DNA of 64,000 nt from an uncultured Nitrososphaeria archaeon (GTDB lineage Archaea; Thermoproteota; Nitrososphaeria; JACIWG01), in the NCBI GenBank assembly GCA_964448685.1, contig CAYUWR010000038.1, positions 23,297-87,296 on the forward strand, in the 5' to 3' direction. Below are positions 28,809-37,476 of the stretch, piece after piece. The notes under the pieces were generated by a model. It was not told the origin of the DNA and searched no databases. It was given only the letters and a program-made list of their open reading frames with translations. Both the position numbers and the translations under genes were made by a program. Within the stretch, counting starts at the first letter, position 1; every line of letters begins with the position of its first letter.

Positions 28809-28940
28809 AAAAGCTTGTCGAGGATGAGATGGCACCTTATCTGACCTAAGTATGATGACACTATAATTAGAAAAGCTTGTCGAAGTATGATGACATAATA
28901 AGCAGTCCCGGACTGAACAATAAGCAGTCCGGGACTGAAC
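28803..28940 (+). repeat. Cluster of short direct repeats (19 bp x2, 13 bp x2, 22 bp x2)
   Basis: aattagaaaagcttgtcga at 28803 and 28865; aagtatgatgaca at 28848 and 28883; aataagcagtcc(c/g)ggactgaac at 28897 and 28919. Confidence 0.95.
28821..28938 (+). ncRNA. Candidate box C/D guide sRNA, 3' half rearranged by duplications
   Basis: AGGATGA (28821-27), 13 nt, CTGA (28841-44), 7 nt, ATGATGA (28852-58); a second ATGATGA at 28887 and CTGA at 28913 and 28935. Confidence 0.45.
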
Positions 28941-29082
28941 AACCTTTCCAATAATATAAGAACAAGCAAGCAAAATGAAGCCTCCAAGAGTGAAGTGGAA
29001 CAGATGGCTGTAAAATTTTGCTATCCGAATAGCGGTAACATTAATAATTAGGCTATATGTGGCACATACTTTAGAGATGTCG

Positions 29083-30138
29083 ATGGGAAAGAATATGATA
29101 GACTTGAGAAGTGACACTGTAACCATTCCAACGGACGAAATGCTTGAGGCGATCAGGCATGCTGAGCTGGGAGATGACGTGTTCGGTGAAGATCCAACCG
29201 TCAACAGGTTGGAGAAGATGGCTGCTGATAAGATGGGGAAAGAGGCGGCGCTGCTGGTTACAAGCGGGACTCAAGCCAACCTTGTCTCTTTGATGAGTAA
29301 CACCAAGAGGGGGGATGCTGTAATATTGGAGGCAGAATCCCATGTCTTCTACTATGAAGTCGGAGGGCTTTCGGCCATAGGCGGCCTGGTGCCAGTGACG
29401 GTGAGAGGAAACATGGGTGTTATGGATCCGAGGGATGTCGAGGCAGCGATAAGGCCGAAGGACATTCACTTGCCTGAAACCACTCTTATCGCTATCGAAA
29501 ACACCCACAACCGAGCAGGCGGCACCGTAGTCAAGCCTGAACAGATTAGAGCAATAGGCGATGTAGCCAAGTCACATGGCCTAAAGCTCTACATGGATGG
29601 TGCAAGAATATTTAACGCCGCGGTGGCCTTGAGGACAGACGTCAAGAACTTGACGAGGCCTGTCGATAATCTGATGTTCTGCCTTTCTAAAGGACTGAGC
29701 TGTCCGGTGGGCTCGTTGGTTGTCGGAGATCATGACTTCATAGAGAAGGCTAGACGGATAAGGAAGATGTTGGGGGGAGGGATGCGCCAGGCAGGCATCA
29801 TAGCTGCCCCAGGCATAGTAGCCCTTGAGAAGATGATCGATAGGCTGGAGGAAGATCATAGAAACGCCAGATTGCTTGCTGAAGGATTGTCTGAGGTGGA
29901 GGGGATAAAGATCAGCTTGGAGAATGTGCAAACTAACATGGTTAAATTTGACGTGAGCGGGTTAGGTGTTACCGCTGGAGAGTTTGTGGAGCTGCTTGGC
30001 AAGTGGGGGGTTCTCTCTCTCCCATTCAGTGAAAGTGATATTCGGATGGTGACACATCGAGGAATTGGAAAGGATGATGTGTATGAAGCGTTGGAAGTCA
30101 TCCGAAGGGTGGTATCAGAGATAAAATGTGGGGTATAA
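29083..30138 (+). CDS. ltaE: Low-specificity L-threonine aldolase
   Basis: IDLRSDTVT, GDDVFGEDPT, SGTQANL, IENTHN, MDGARIFNA, CLSKGL and GGGMRQAG; start codon uncertain (29059-29095). Confidence 0.95.
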   Translation: MGKNMIDLRSDTVTIPTDEMLEAIRHAELGDDVFGEDPTVNRLEKMAADKMGKEAALLVTSGTQANLVSLMSNTKRGDAVILEAESHVFYYEVGGLSAIGGLVPVTVRGNMGVMDPRDVEAAIRPKDIHLPETTLIAIENTHNRAGGTVVKPEQIRAIGDVAKSHGLKLYMDGARIFNAAVALRTDVKNLTRPVDNLMFCLSKGLSCPVGSLVVGDHDFIEKARRIRKMLGGGMRQAGIIAAPGIVALEKMIDRLEEDHRNARLLAEGLSEVEGIKISLENVQTNMVKFDVSGLGVTAGEFVELLGKWGVLSLPFSESDIRMVTHRGIGKDDVYEALEVIRRVVSEIKCGV

Positions 30139-30204
30139 ACATAAGTGGATTGAAAACATAACAGATGTGGTGTATAGAAAAGCTTGAGCAGCAGTACAGA
30201 AGAC

Positions 30205-31464
30205 ATGCAATCTAGGATAAGGATTTTCAAGGTGCTTTCTGGCGTTGAAGAATCGCTTGACGTAATGTTCCGGATGCTTCCAAGAGCAGCCTTGAGCATG
30301 CTCGAAGTTGACACGATAGAGTCCTTGCACAGTTTCGCCGCTGAAGACAGTATCTCAAGACAAGACTGTCCCCCATTTGACAGAAGCGCTGTCGACGGCT
30401 ATGCTGTAATCCTAAGGGATGTCATAAGCAGTTCCATTACGAATCCTTCTGAGCTGAAGATTGTTCAAGAGGTCTTTGCAAGCAGTCTCCCGTCAGAGGT
30501 TAAACCTCTGTCAGAGGGGGAGGCTGCGGTCGTATACACGGGAGCGCCTATACCACAAGGCTGTGATGCGGTAGTGATGGCCGAGGACGCAAAGAGAGAA
30601 GGTTCCTCGGTTCTCATATATCGCCCTGCCTTTCTCGGACAGAATATATCTCGCAGAGGCGAAGACTTCAAAGAGGGTGACGTAATCGTCGAGAAGAATG
30701 TCTTGATTAGGCCATGGCATTTGGCAGCCCTTCTCTCGGCCGGCATCGATAGGCTCAAGGTCTTCAGAAGTCTACGTGTGGGAGTCCTCTCTACGGGAAG
30801 CGAGTTGAAGGAGCCAAAGTCATCGTCGGAGAAGGCGATCGTGAACACTACGAAGCCGCTGCTCATATCTCTTCTTCTCGAGGAGTTCTGTGAGCCGGTT
30901 GACCTTGGCACTTTTCCTGACGATGTCGACGCAATCAAATGTAGCATTCTAGGGGCTCTCCCAAAGGTTGATGTGATCTTGACCACGGGTGGAACAAGCG
31001 TCGGCGTCACCGACTTGGTTGTTGAAGCAGTTAAGTCGATAGAGGGCTCAACTTTGCTCTTTCATGGTGTTAGGATGAGGCCTGGCAGACCGACAGGTCT
31101 CGCACTTATCGGTCACAGGCCTGTGTTCATGCTTTCAGGCTATCCTGTCGCCGCTTTCACGGGCTTCGAAGTCTTTGTTAAGCCTGCGATAGACTTCCTT
31201 AGAGGTTCAAGGTCCCTTTGTCCTCCGACCGTTCGAGGTCGCCTTTTGAGGCGTTTGGCGAAGCCTGTTGGTGTCAAAGCCTATGTGAGGGTGAATGTGG
31301 TGCAGGGGGCAGATGGCCGATATGTTGTTGATCCATTAAGGCTTACTGGTTCAGGGCTTCTTTCGACTTTGACAAAGGGGAACGGATTATTGGTGATAGA
31401 GGAAGGGTTGGAAGGCTACGATGAAGGCGAAGAGGTGGAAGTGCGCCTTTTTCATCCACTCTAG
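30205..31464 (+). CDS. moeA: Molybdopterin molybdenumtransferase MoeA (paralogue 1)
   Basis: PPFDRSAVDGYA, TGAPIP, TTGGTSVG, MRPGRPT and LSGYP; ATG at 30205 preferred over TTG at 30184. Confidence 0.93.
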   Translation: MQSRIRIFKVLSGVEESLDVMFRMLPRAALSMLEVDTIESLHSFAAEDSISRQDCPPFDRSAVDGYAVILRDVISSSITNPSELKIVQEVFASSLPSEVKPLSEGEAAVVYTGAPIPQGCDAVVMAEDAKREGSSVLIYRPAFLGQNISRRGEDFKEGDVIVEKNVLIRPWHLAALLSAGIDRLKVFRSLRVGVLSTGSELKEPKSSSEKAIVNTTKPLLISLLLEEFCEPVDLGTFPDDVDAIKCSILGALPKVDVILTTGGTSVGVTDLVVEAVKSIEGSTLLFHGVRMRPGRPTGLALIGHRPVFMLSGYPVAAFTGFEVFVKPAIDFLRGSRSLCPPTVRGRLLRRLAKPVGVKAYVRVNVVQGADGRYVVDPLRLTGSGLLSTLTKGNGLLVIEEGLEGYDEGEEVEVRLFHPL

Positions 31465-31474
31465 GTGAAAGGTT

Positions 31475-33442
31475 ATGCCGAAGATCTTCCATAATCTTGT
31501 CTCTGTGGAAGAGGCCTTGAAGCTGATAGAGTCGTCTGTTAGCATTGAACCTGTTGGCGTTGAAGATGTAGACCTCTCACAAAGTCTGGGGCGTGTGCTT
31601 TCAGAAGAGGTCTTTTCGCCAATAGACTGTCCTCCCTTCGACAGATCAGAAGTTGACGGTTACGCGGTTTCTGCGGCAGATGTGTCAGGAGCTGAAGAAG
31701 ATAGGCCGGCAGCCTTGAAAGTTGTAGGATTTTCTGAGGTAGGTAAGAGGCCAGAGCGTGGAATAGGTCGTGGAGAGTGCATGCGAATAGCGACGGGCGC
31801 CCCATTGCCTCGAGGAGCGGATTCGGTGGTGATGATAGAGTACACGAGGGAGTTAGGTGGATCTGTTTATGTATACAGGCCGGTCGTTCACGGCGAAAAC
31901 ATAGCCGAGGCTGGCTCAGACTATGTTTTAGGAGACCTTTTTCTGAGAAAAGGCTCCAGGATCTCATCAAGGGAGGTGGCTTCTCTTGCAGCCGTGGGCT
32001 TAGAGAAGGTACGAGTCTACGCCAGACCAACCGTTGGCCTGTTTTCGTCAGGCAACGAGATAGTTTCGCCGGGTGGACGCCTTATGCCAGGGAAGGTCTA
32101 CGACGCAAATGGGCCAGCACTATATTCGATGATAATGGAATGTGGTGGTAAACCTTCCTACTTGGGGATACTGCCTGACATATACGAGGAAATGTATGAC
32201 GCCATCGCAAATGCGCTACAGAGCTATGACATGGTGATAACCTCTGGCAGCACATCAGCGGGTTTAGGTGACATGATGTACCGGGTCTTCGACAGCATCG
32301 GAAGGCCTGGGATCGTGGTGCATGGTCTGAAGATCAAGCCAGGCAAACCGACCATCGCTGCGGTTGCCGAAGGCAAGCTTCTGTTTGGGCTGCCTGGATT
32401 CCCAGTTTCTGCGATGATGGTCTTCTCTGTGCTCGTCAAACCGATTCTGAACAGGATGGCCGGATACCGTAATGTGACTGATAAAAGTGTCACAGCCAGA
32501 ATTCCATTCAAGGTCACCGTCGGGAAAGGGAGGAGAACCCTTCTTCCCGTAAGTGTCGTAAACGATGGAATAGAAAATGTAGCCTACCCTATGTTGGGGG
32601 GATCGGGTTCGGTGTCCTCTCTAAACTACAGCGACGGGTTCATAGACATACCTGAGCGTATAGAGTTCTTGGAAGAAGACGAAAAGGTGGAGATAAGGCT
32701 GTTCTCAGACCAGCTGAAGATCGCGGACCTCAACATAATCGGCAGCCACTGTCCAGCTGTCGAACTTATCCTAGACTGTCTTGAAACAAGATATGATTCG
32801 AAGGTTGTGAACTTGGGTTCACTTGCCGGATGGCGGGCGATAGCCAGGAAGGAGGCGGATGTTGCCGGAACACACCTGCTCGACGAAGAAACTTTGACCT
32901 ATAATGTCCCATTCTTGAGAAAGCATCATCTGAAGGGGATCGCTGTCGTAGTCAAAGGGTACAGACGTAGGCAGGGGATAATCACTTTGAAGGAGAATCC
33001 AATGAATATTCAAGGCATTGAAAGCCTGCTGGAAAGAGGGGTTCGATTCATAAACAGAAACAAGGGGTCTGGGACAAGAACTTTCCTCGACTACAGCCTG
33101 AGGAAGATCGCTAAAGAAAGGGGAGAAGACTTTGTCAAGATGACGGAGCAGATTGAAGGGTACACGTATGAGGCGAAGACGCATTCTGCTGTAGCCCTCT
33201 CTGTTGCCCAGGGAAGAGCTGACGCGGGAATAGGCTTAGAGTTCTATTCGGAGAAATACGGCTTAGGCTTCATCCCTCTAACCGAAGAAGAATACGATTT
33301 TGTAGTATTAAGTGAACGCTTGAACAAGCCTGCAGTACGGGAATTCATCGAAGTCTTGAAGTCGAAGGAGTTTCACGATCTTCTTGAATCGAATTTCAAG
33401 GGATACAAGCCAACCTCGAATACGGGCGAGATAGTCGATTAG
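31475..33442 (+). CDS. moeA: MoeA fused to a C-terminal periplasmic-binding-protein-like (PBP) domain
   Basis: MoeA motifs (PPFDRSEVDGYA, IKPGKPT, GLPGFP) followed by GSH, AGTHLLDE, INRNKGSGTR and ADAGIG. Confidence 0.93.
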   Translation: MPKIFHNLVSVEEALKLIESSVSIEPVGVEDVDLSQSLGRVLSEEVFSPIDCPPFDRSEVDGYAVSAADVSGAEEDRPAALKVVGFSEVGKRPERGIGRGECMRIATGAPLPRGADSVVMIEYTRELGGSVYVYRPVVHGENIAEAGSDYVLGDLFLRKGSRISSREVASLAAVGLEKVRVYARPTVGLFSSGNEIVSPGGRLMPGKVYDANGPALYSMIMECGGKPSYLGILPDIYEEMYDAIANALQSYDMVITSGSTSAGLGDMMYRVFDSIGRPGIVVHGLKIKPGKPTIAAVAEGKLLFGLPGFPVSAMMVFSVLVKPILNRMAGYRNVTDKSVTARIPFKVTVGKGRRTLLPVSVVNDGIENVAYPMLGGSGSVSSLNYSDGFIDIPERIEFLEEDEKVEIRLFSDQLKIADLNIIGSHCPAVELILDCLETRYDSKVVNLGSLAGWRAIARKEADVAGTHLLDEETLTYNVPFLRKHHLKGIAVVVKGYRRRQGIITLKENPMNIQGIESLLERGVRFINRNKGSGTRTFLDYSLRKIAKERGEDFVKMTEQIEGYTYEAKTHSAVALSVAQGRADAGIGLEFYSEKYGLGFIPLTEEEYDFVVLSERLNKPAVREFIEVLKSKEFHDLLESNFKGYKPTSNTGEIVD

Positions 33443-33473
33443 GGCTCCAATACAGATCGCAGATCAAGTGCCA

Positions 33474-34256
33474 TTATCTACCTACGACTTTAGAGATACC
33501 CACAAATATACCTATCAAAATGAGTACTATCTTCAACTGAAGTCCCAAGAAAGGATTCTGTGGTATGGCTACGACAAGGAAGCTGGTTGCATCAAAGGCT
33601 CCATGAATGAAGGCTGGCACGATAAGGTTTCCCCCGGACTTGTAGTAGGCGCCGCACATTCCAAGACCGAACATGATGATCTGAGCGAATTGGATAACGG
33701 ACGCCGTTCCGAACAGAAGAAGGTAGTATAGGTGGATTATCGAGAACAAGAATGATGAGGCGAGGGCTGGCATAAGCCAGTGCCTGCCTCCCATGATTTC
33801 CTGCAGTTCACCAAATATGAAGCCTCTGAACATGAACTCCTCAAATGGGCCTACGATGATAAAAGAGAAGAGTAGCATGAACCAGGCTAGGTCAGGCGAT
33901 ATCTCAAACAATGGGTTCGGGTTATTCAAGAGTTCGCCGATCTTTGGGTCGAAGGCAAAGAGTATAGCCAGAAGAAGAAGGGCTAACGCTATTCCGGCTG
34001 CTGAGAATACCCCAAAATATCCGAAGCCATATCTTAAGGCGCTCCGGAGGTTATTCTTGGCCTTTGAAAGTATCGCCTTCCCATCCAACAGGTAGACGAT
34101 GATGGCGGGTATGACATAGACTACCAGGGTGCCGTAGACCAGTCCTCTTATTCCAAAAACGTACTGGGAGTAGGTGCATAACATTATCGCCAATAGGCCG
34201 ATGGAATACTTCCGAAAAGGTATCCTTCTTTCGACAGTCACTTGGTTGTATGCCAT
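33474..34256 (-). CDS. CPBP/Abi intramembrane metalloprotease (second copy)
   Basis: VGPFEEFMFRG, FSIIH and IHGAFD. Confidence 0.88.
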   Translation of the reverse strand: MAYNQVTVERRIPFRKYSIGLLAIMLCTYSQYVFGIRGLVYGTLVVYVIPAIIVYLLDGKAILSKAKNNLRSALRYGFGYFGVFSAAGIALALLLLAILFAFDPKIGELLNNPNPLFEISPDLAWFMLLFSFIIVGPFEEFMFRGFIFGELQEIMGGRHWLMPALASSFLFSIIHLYYLLLFGTASVIQFAQIIMFGLGMCGAYYKSGGNLIVPAFIHGAFDATSFLVVAIPQNPFLGLQLKIVLILIGIFVGISKVVGR

Positions 34257-34332
34257 CCGTTTCCATGAAGTTCGTAGTCAACTCTTATAAAAGGTTTTAA
34301 GGCTCAAACGCGCCGCAAGTGGTTGGGCTGAT

Positions 34333-34761
34333 ATGAAATTGGATTCAAGTTGGCTGATCCTTGCTTTGCTGGATGCGTTCTTTGCCGCGCTCGCCGCCAT
34401 CTTTGCGAAGATGGGCCTGCAGAATGTCGACTCGACCTTAGCAACTGCTGCCAGAACGCTTGTGATGATGGTCTTCATGCTGTCTGTGGTCTTGTTCACT
34501 GGGAAAGGAAGCCAGGTGTGGACGTTGACTCAAAGGGAAGGATTGTTCATAGTACTGAGTGGTGTCGCGGGAGCCTTGTCTTGGATATTGTACTTTGCTT
34601 CATTGAAGATTGGCGACGCCTCAAAAGTGGCTGCTGTGGACAGGTCCAGCCTACTTTTCGTCATAATCCTATCATTTCTCGTTCTCAGTGAGAAACTGAC
34701 TGTTAAGACTGTTCTGGCAGGGATCTTGGTCTTTCTCGGCTTGCTTGTCATAGCCTTATAG
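34333..34761 (+). CDS. EamA/DMT-family transporter (single domain)
   Basis: AIFAKMGL..VDS.LAT..R, SWILYFASLK, VAAVDRSS and LSEKLT. Confidence 0.9.
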   Translation: MKLDSSWLILALLDAFFAALAAIFAKMGLQNVDSTLATAARTLVMMVFMLSVVLFTGKGSQVWTLTQREGLFIVLSGVAGALSWILYFASLKIGDASKVAAVDRSSLLFVIILSFLVLSEKLTVKTVLAGILVFLGLLVIAL

Positions 34762-34777
34762 ATTAGATTTACTGCTT

Positions 34778-35896
34778 CTATGGGACGAAGACTGGATGGA
34801 ACCTGTCACTTGATAGGCTCTTCCGGTTAAGGGAGCCGACGATATCGAGCTTGCTGCCACAGTGTAGGCATCTGTTTTCTTTGTTAAGATGCCATCCTAC
34901 TATATCAAATCCATATCTTTCCACGACTACTTTATGGCATGAGGGACAGTAGGTGTTCTCGTAGGCGTGTCCTGGAACGTTGCCGACATAAACATACTTC
35001 AGTCCTATATCCTTGGCGACCTCGCAGTGTTTCTCAAGTGTTGAGATAGGGGTGGGCGGCAGATCCAACATGTTGTAGTCAGGATGGAATCTCAGGAAAT
35101 GTATGGGTGTGCGGTCGCCTAGATTGTCCAGGATCCATCTGCTGAGCCTTCTGGCTTCTTCGAGATCGTCTCCTACATCAGGTACCACAAGGTCTGTGAT
35201 TTCGACGTGCACGCCTCCTCTCTTCAACTCCAAGAGTGTTTGATATATTGGATCTGGGTCGGCGACGAAGGCATACTTCTGCAAGAACCTTTTTTCGCCA
35301 TTTCCTTTGAAGTCAACGGTTATCGCATCCAGGAACTTGAGCATCATCTTCACTGTGTCAGGTGTCGCATAACCGTTGCTTACGAAGACATTGAATAATC
35401 CCATTTTTTTCGCGAGGGCTCCTGTGTCGTGTGCGTACTCGACGAAGACTATTGGCTCGTTGTAGGTGTACGCTAACCCGTCGGCAGCTTGTCTCACAGC
35501 CAGTTCTGTAAGCTCCTGTGGTCCAATCTCCATTCCTTCCACGGTCCTTCTCTGGCTTATGTCGGAGTTTTGGCAATATTGACATGCCCAATCGCAGCCG
35601 ACTGTGCCGATGCTGAGAACCCTTGATCCAGGCATAAAGTGGGAGAAGGGCTTCTTTTCTATCGGATCCATGTGGACGGCTACTGCTCTTCCGTAGACGA
35701 GTAGGAAGAGCCTGCCGTCTATGTTCTTTCTGACCCCACAGAATCCTGTCTGCCCAATAGACAGTCTACAGTATCTTGGGCAAGCTAAGCACTTGACCCT
35801 CGAATTGTCCATTCTTGTGTAGAGTTCAGCTTCCTTCAAATTAGGTTCACTACCTTCTATGATTGGGGAGACTAATATCTTTTGATTTGTCACCAA
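34778..35896 (-). CDS. amrS: AmmeMemoRadiSam-system radical SAM enzyme
   Basis: CLACPRYC, DPIEKKPFSHF, CDWACQYC (CxxxCxxC), YTYNEP, HFLRFHPDY and VYVGNVPG. Confidence 0.9.
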   Translation of the reverse strand: MVTNQKILVSPIIEGSEPNLKEAELYTRMDNSRVKCLACPRYCRLSIGQTGFCGVRKNIDGRLFLLVYGRAVAVHMDPIEKKPFSHFMPGSRVLSIGTVGCDWACQYCQNSDISQRRTVEGMEIGPQELTELAVRQAADGLAYTYNEPIVFVEYAHDTGALAKKMGLFNVFVSNGYATPDTVKMMLKFLDAITVDFKGNGEKRFLQKYAFVADPDPIYQTLLELKRGGVHVEITDLVVPDVGDDLEEARRLSRWILDNLGDRTPIHFLRFHPDYNMLDLPPTPISTLEKHCEVAKDIGLKYVYVGNVPGHAYENTYCPSCHKVVVERYGFDIVGWHLNKENRCLHCGSKLDIVGSLNRKSLSSDRFHPVFVP

Positions 35897-35925
35897 GAAT
35901 TATACATTGGTGGAGGGAGATCACT

Positions 35926-37230
35926 TTAGGCTTTGGCCTTCTTGAAGACTTCTATGACGTTGTCTCTGAGGATTCTCCTGGCGAAATTCTTGGCTTCCTC
36001 TTCGGTAAACCTTCCCCTGTCAACCTTCTCTCTAAGGACCTGGGCGATATGGGTTCTCGCCATCTTCGAATGCGCGTATATTCCTTCGACGAACCTATAG
36101 TCTCCGCCGAAACCAAGTATCTTGTTTGAAGGTATTGTGTCTAGCCAGTCTCTCAAGGCATCACATGCCGAAGTTGGAGAGACAACATGTAACCAGCTTA
36201 GGTCTGCATAAACGTTCGGCAGGTTCTTTGCGATATTGGCCAGCTCCTTTGTGTATGGATATGAGCCATGGAATACATCGAACTTGACGTCATGATATTC
36301 CATGAACAGGTTCGACAGAAGGAGGGGGTGAGAGTTGCTGACCAGGTTCAGGTTCCCCTCTTGAAGGCCGGTGTGGACTTGCACTGGACATTCATGCTGG
36401 GCTGCGAGCTGAAGAATCTTGTGTACCATGTAGTCTTGGAGGCTTCTACCTTCTTCTATTGAGATCTGATCTGGGACCGTGACTCTGACTCCATCGTTTC
36501 TCGTGTATCTTATGAATGTGTCTTTTGAACTCATTATCCTATTGAACACCCTTTCCGCCTCATTGAATGTGGCTTTTTCGAAGTATATGCTTCTCTCATA
36601 GGCAAGGGCTATCTTGAATCCCACAATCTTGTCCAGTATGCCTGCCACCCTTAACTCAAGCGCTCTCTCTAGTTCCCTAAGCGAATGTATCGGTAGCCCT
36701 TGCATGCGGCTCAACTTCCTCACATCTTCTCTACTTCGGATCATGATGTAGTCTTCGAGTCTGACGACTGGCGCGAAGAATTCTCTGTCTACGTCGACGA
36801 TATCAGAGATGCCATCGTAGATTGACCGTTCAATCCTAGCCTTTTCCTTCAATATCCTCCTATAGAGGCCCTTCTTGTTTTCGATGTTCATTCTGTTGGA
36901 GAGTTCTTCTATTGACTTCTCGTTGACTTCTTCTATGCCATAGATGTCGTTGACTGCAATCTTTATTGCCTGAAAGTATGATGTGTTCTTGGCTCTGCTC
37001 CAGAAAGGCTCCACAATTCTCCACCTTTCCAAGACTGGTATGTTGATGTTCACGGCTTTAGCGAGGTCCTCTAAGCTCAAGCCCGCAGAAACTAGGTCGG
37101 ATGAAGCATAGTGTGAGAGAAGTACTTGAAGAGGGTCTACTCTCTGCGCTATCCTTTCGTCTTCAGCCGCCACATGTTCGTGAGTGTCGTAGATCCAAAG
37201 CTCTTGAATATAGTCTTCAAGGCTGGACAT
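35926..37230 (-). CDS. Amidohydrolase-superfamily protein (uronate-isomerase-like)
   Basis: YDTHEH metal motif, QVHTG, DVFHGSYPY and GFGGD. Confidence 0.8.
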   Translation of the reverse strand: MSSLEDYIQELWIYDTHEHVAAEDERIAQRVDPLQVLLSHYASSDLVSAGLSLEDLAKAVNINIPVLERWRIVEPFWSRAKNTSYFQAIKIAVNDIYGIEEVNEKSIEELSNRMNIENKKGLYRRILKEKARIERSIYDGISDIVDVDREFFAPVVRLEDYIMIRSREDVRKLSRMQGLPIHSLRELERALELRVAGILDKIVGFKIALAYERSIYFEKATFNEAERVFNRIMSSKDTFIRYTRNDGVRVTVPDQISIEEGRSLQDYMVHKILQLAAQHECPVQVHTGLQEGNLNLVSNSHPLLLSNLFMEYHDVKFDVFHGSYPYTKELANIAKNLPNVYADLSWLHVVSPTSACDALRDWLDTIPSNKILGFGGDYRFVEGIYAHSKMARTHIAQVLREKVDRGRFTEEEAKNFARRILRDNVIEVFKKAKA

Positions 37231-37476
37231 GATCTAATCTCGACTTTTCAAGGATAAAAACGTTTTCTCGCCTATCCAGGGAAAACGTTGTCCCCTAAGC
37301 CTTCTCATGTTTGTTGGAGGGGGTGTTGTCTGATACGGTCGTCTGGAGACCCATTATCGTTAACCTGATAGACGTCTCCCAAATATATAGGGTGATTTTG
37401 GGGAACGAAAAGAGCATTGCTTATTGAAAATACTGCTTAAAAAAGGCTTATTTAGTGCAAAATCGAAGATTGAGGC

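Noticed and set aside
28803-28940. Repeat cluster considered as a mini CRISPR array
   Set aside because: Only two copies of each repeat, repeats differ from one another, spacing is irregular, and there is no ATTGAAA(C/G) end or cas gene.
30184-33442. Tandem moeA genes with a PBP fusion as a novel system
   Set aside because: This arrangement is common and well known in archaea.
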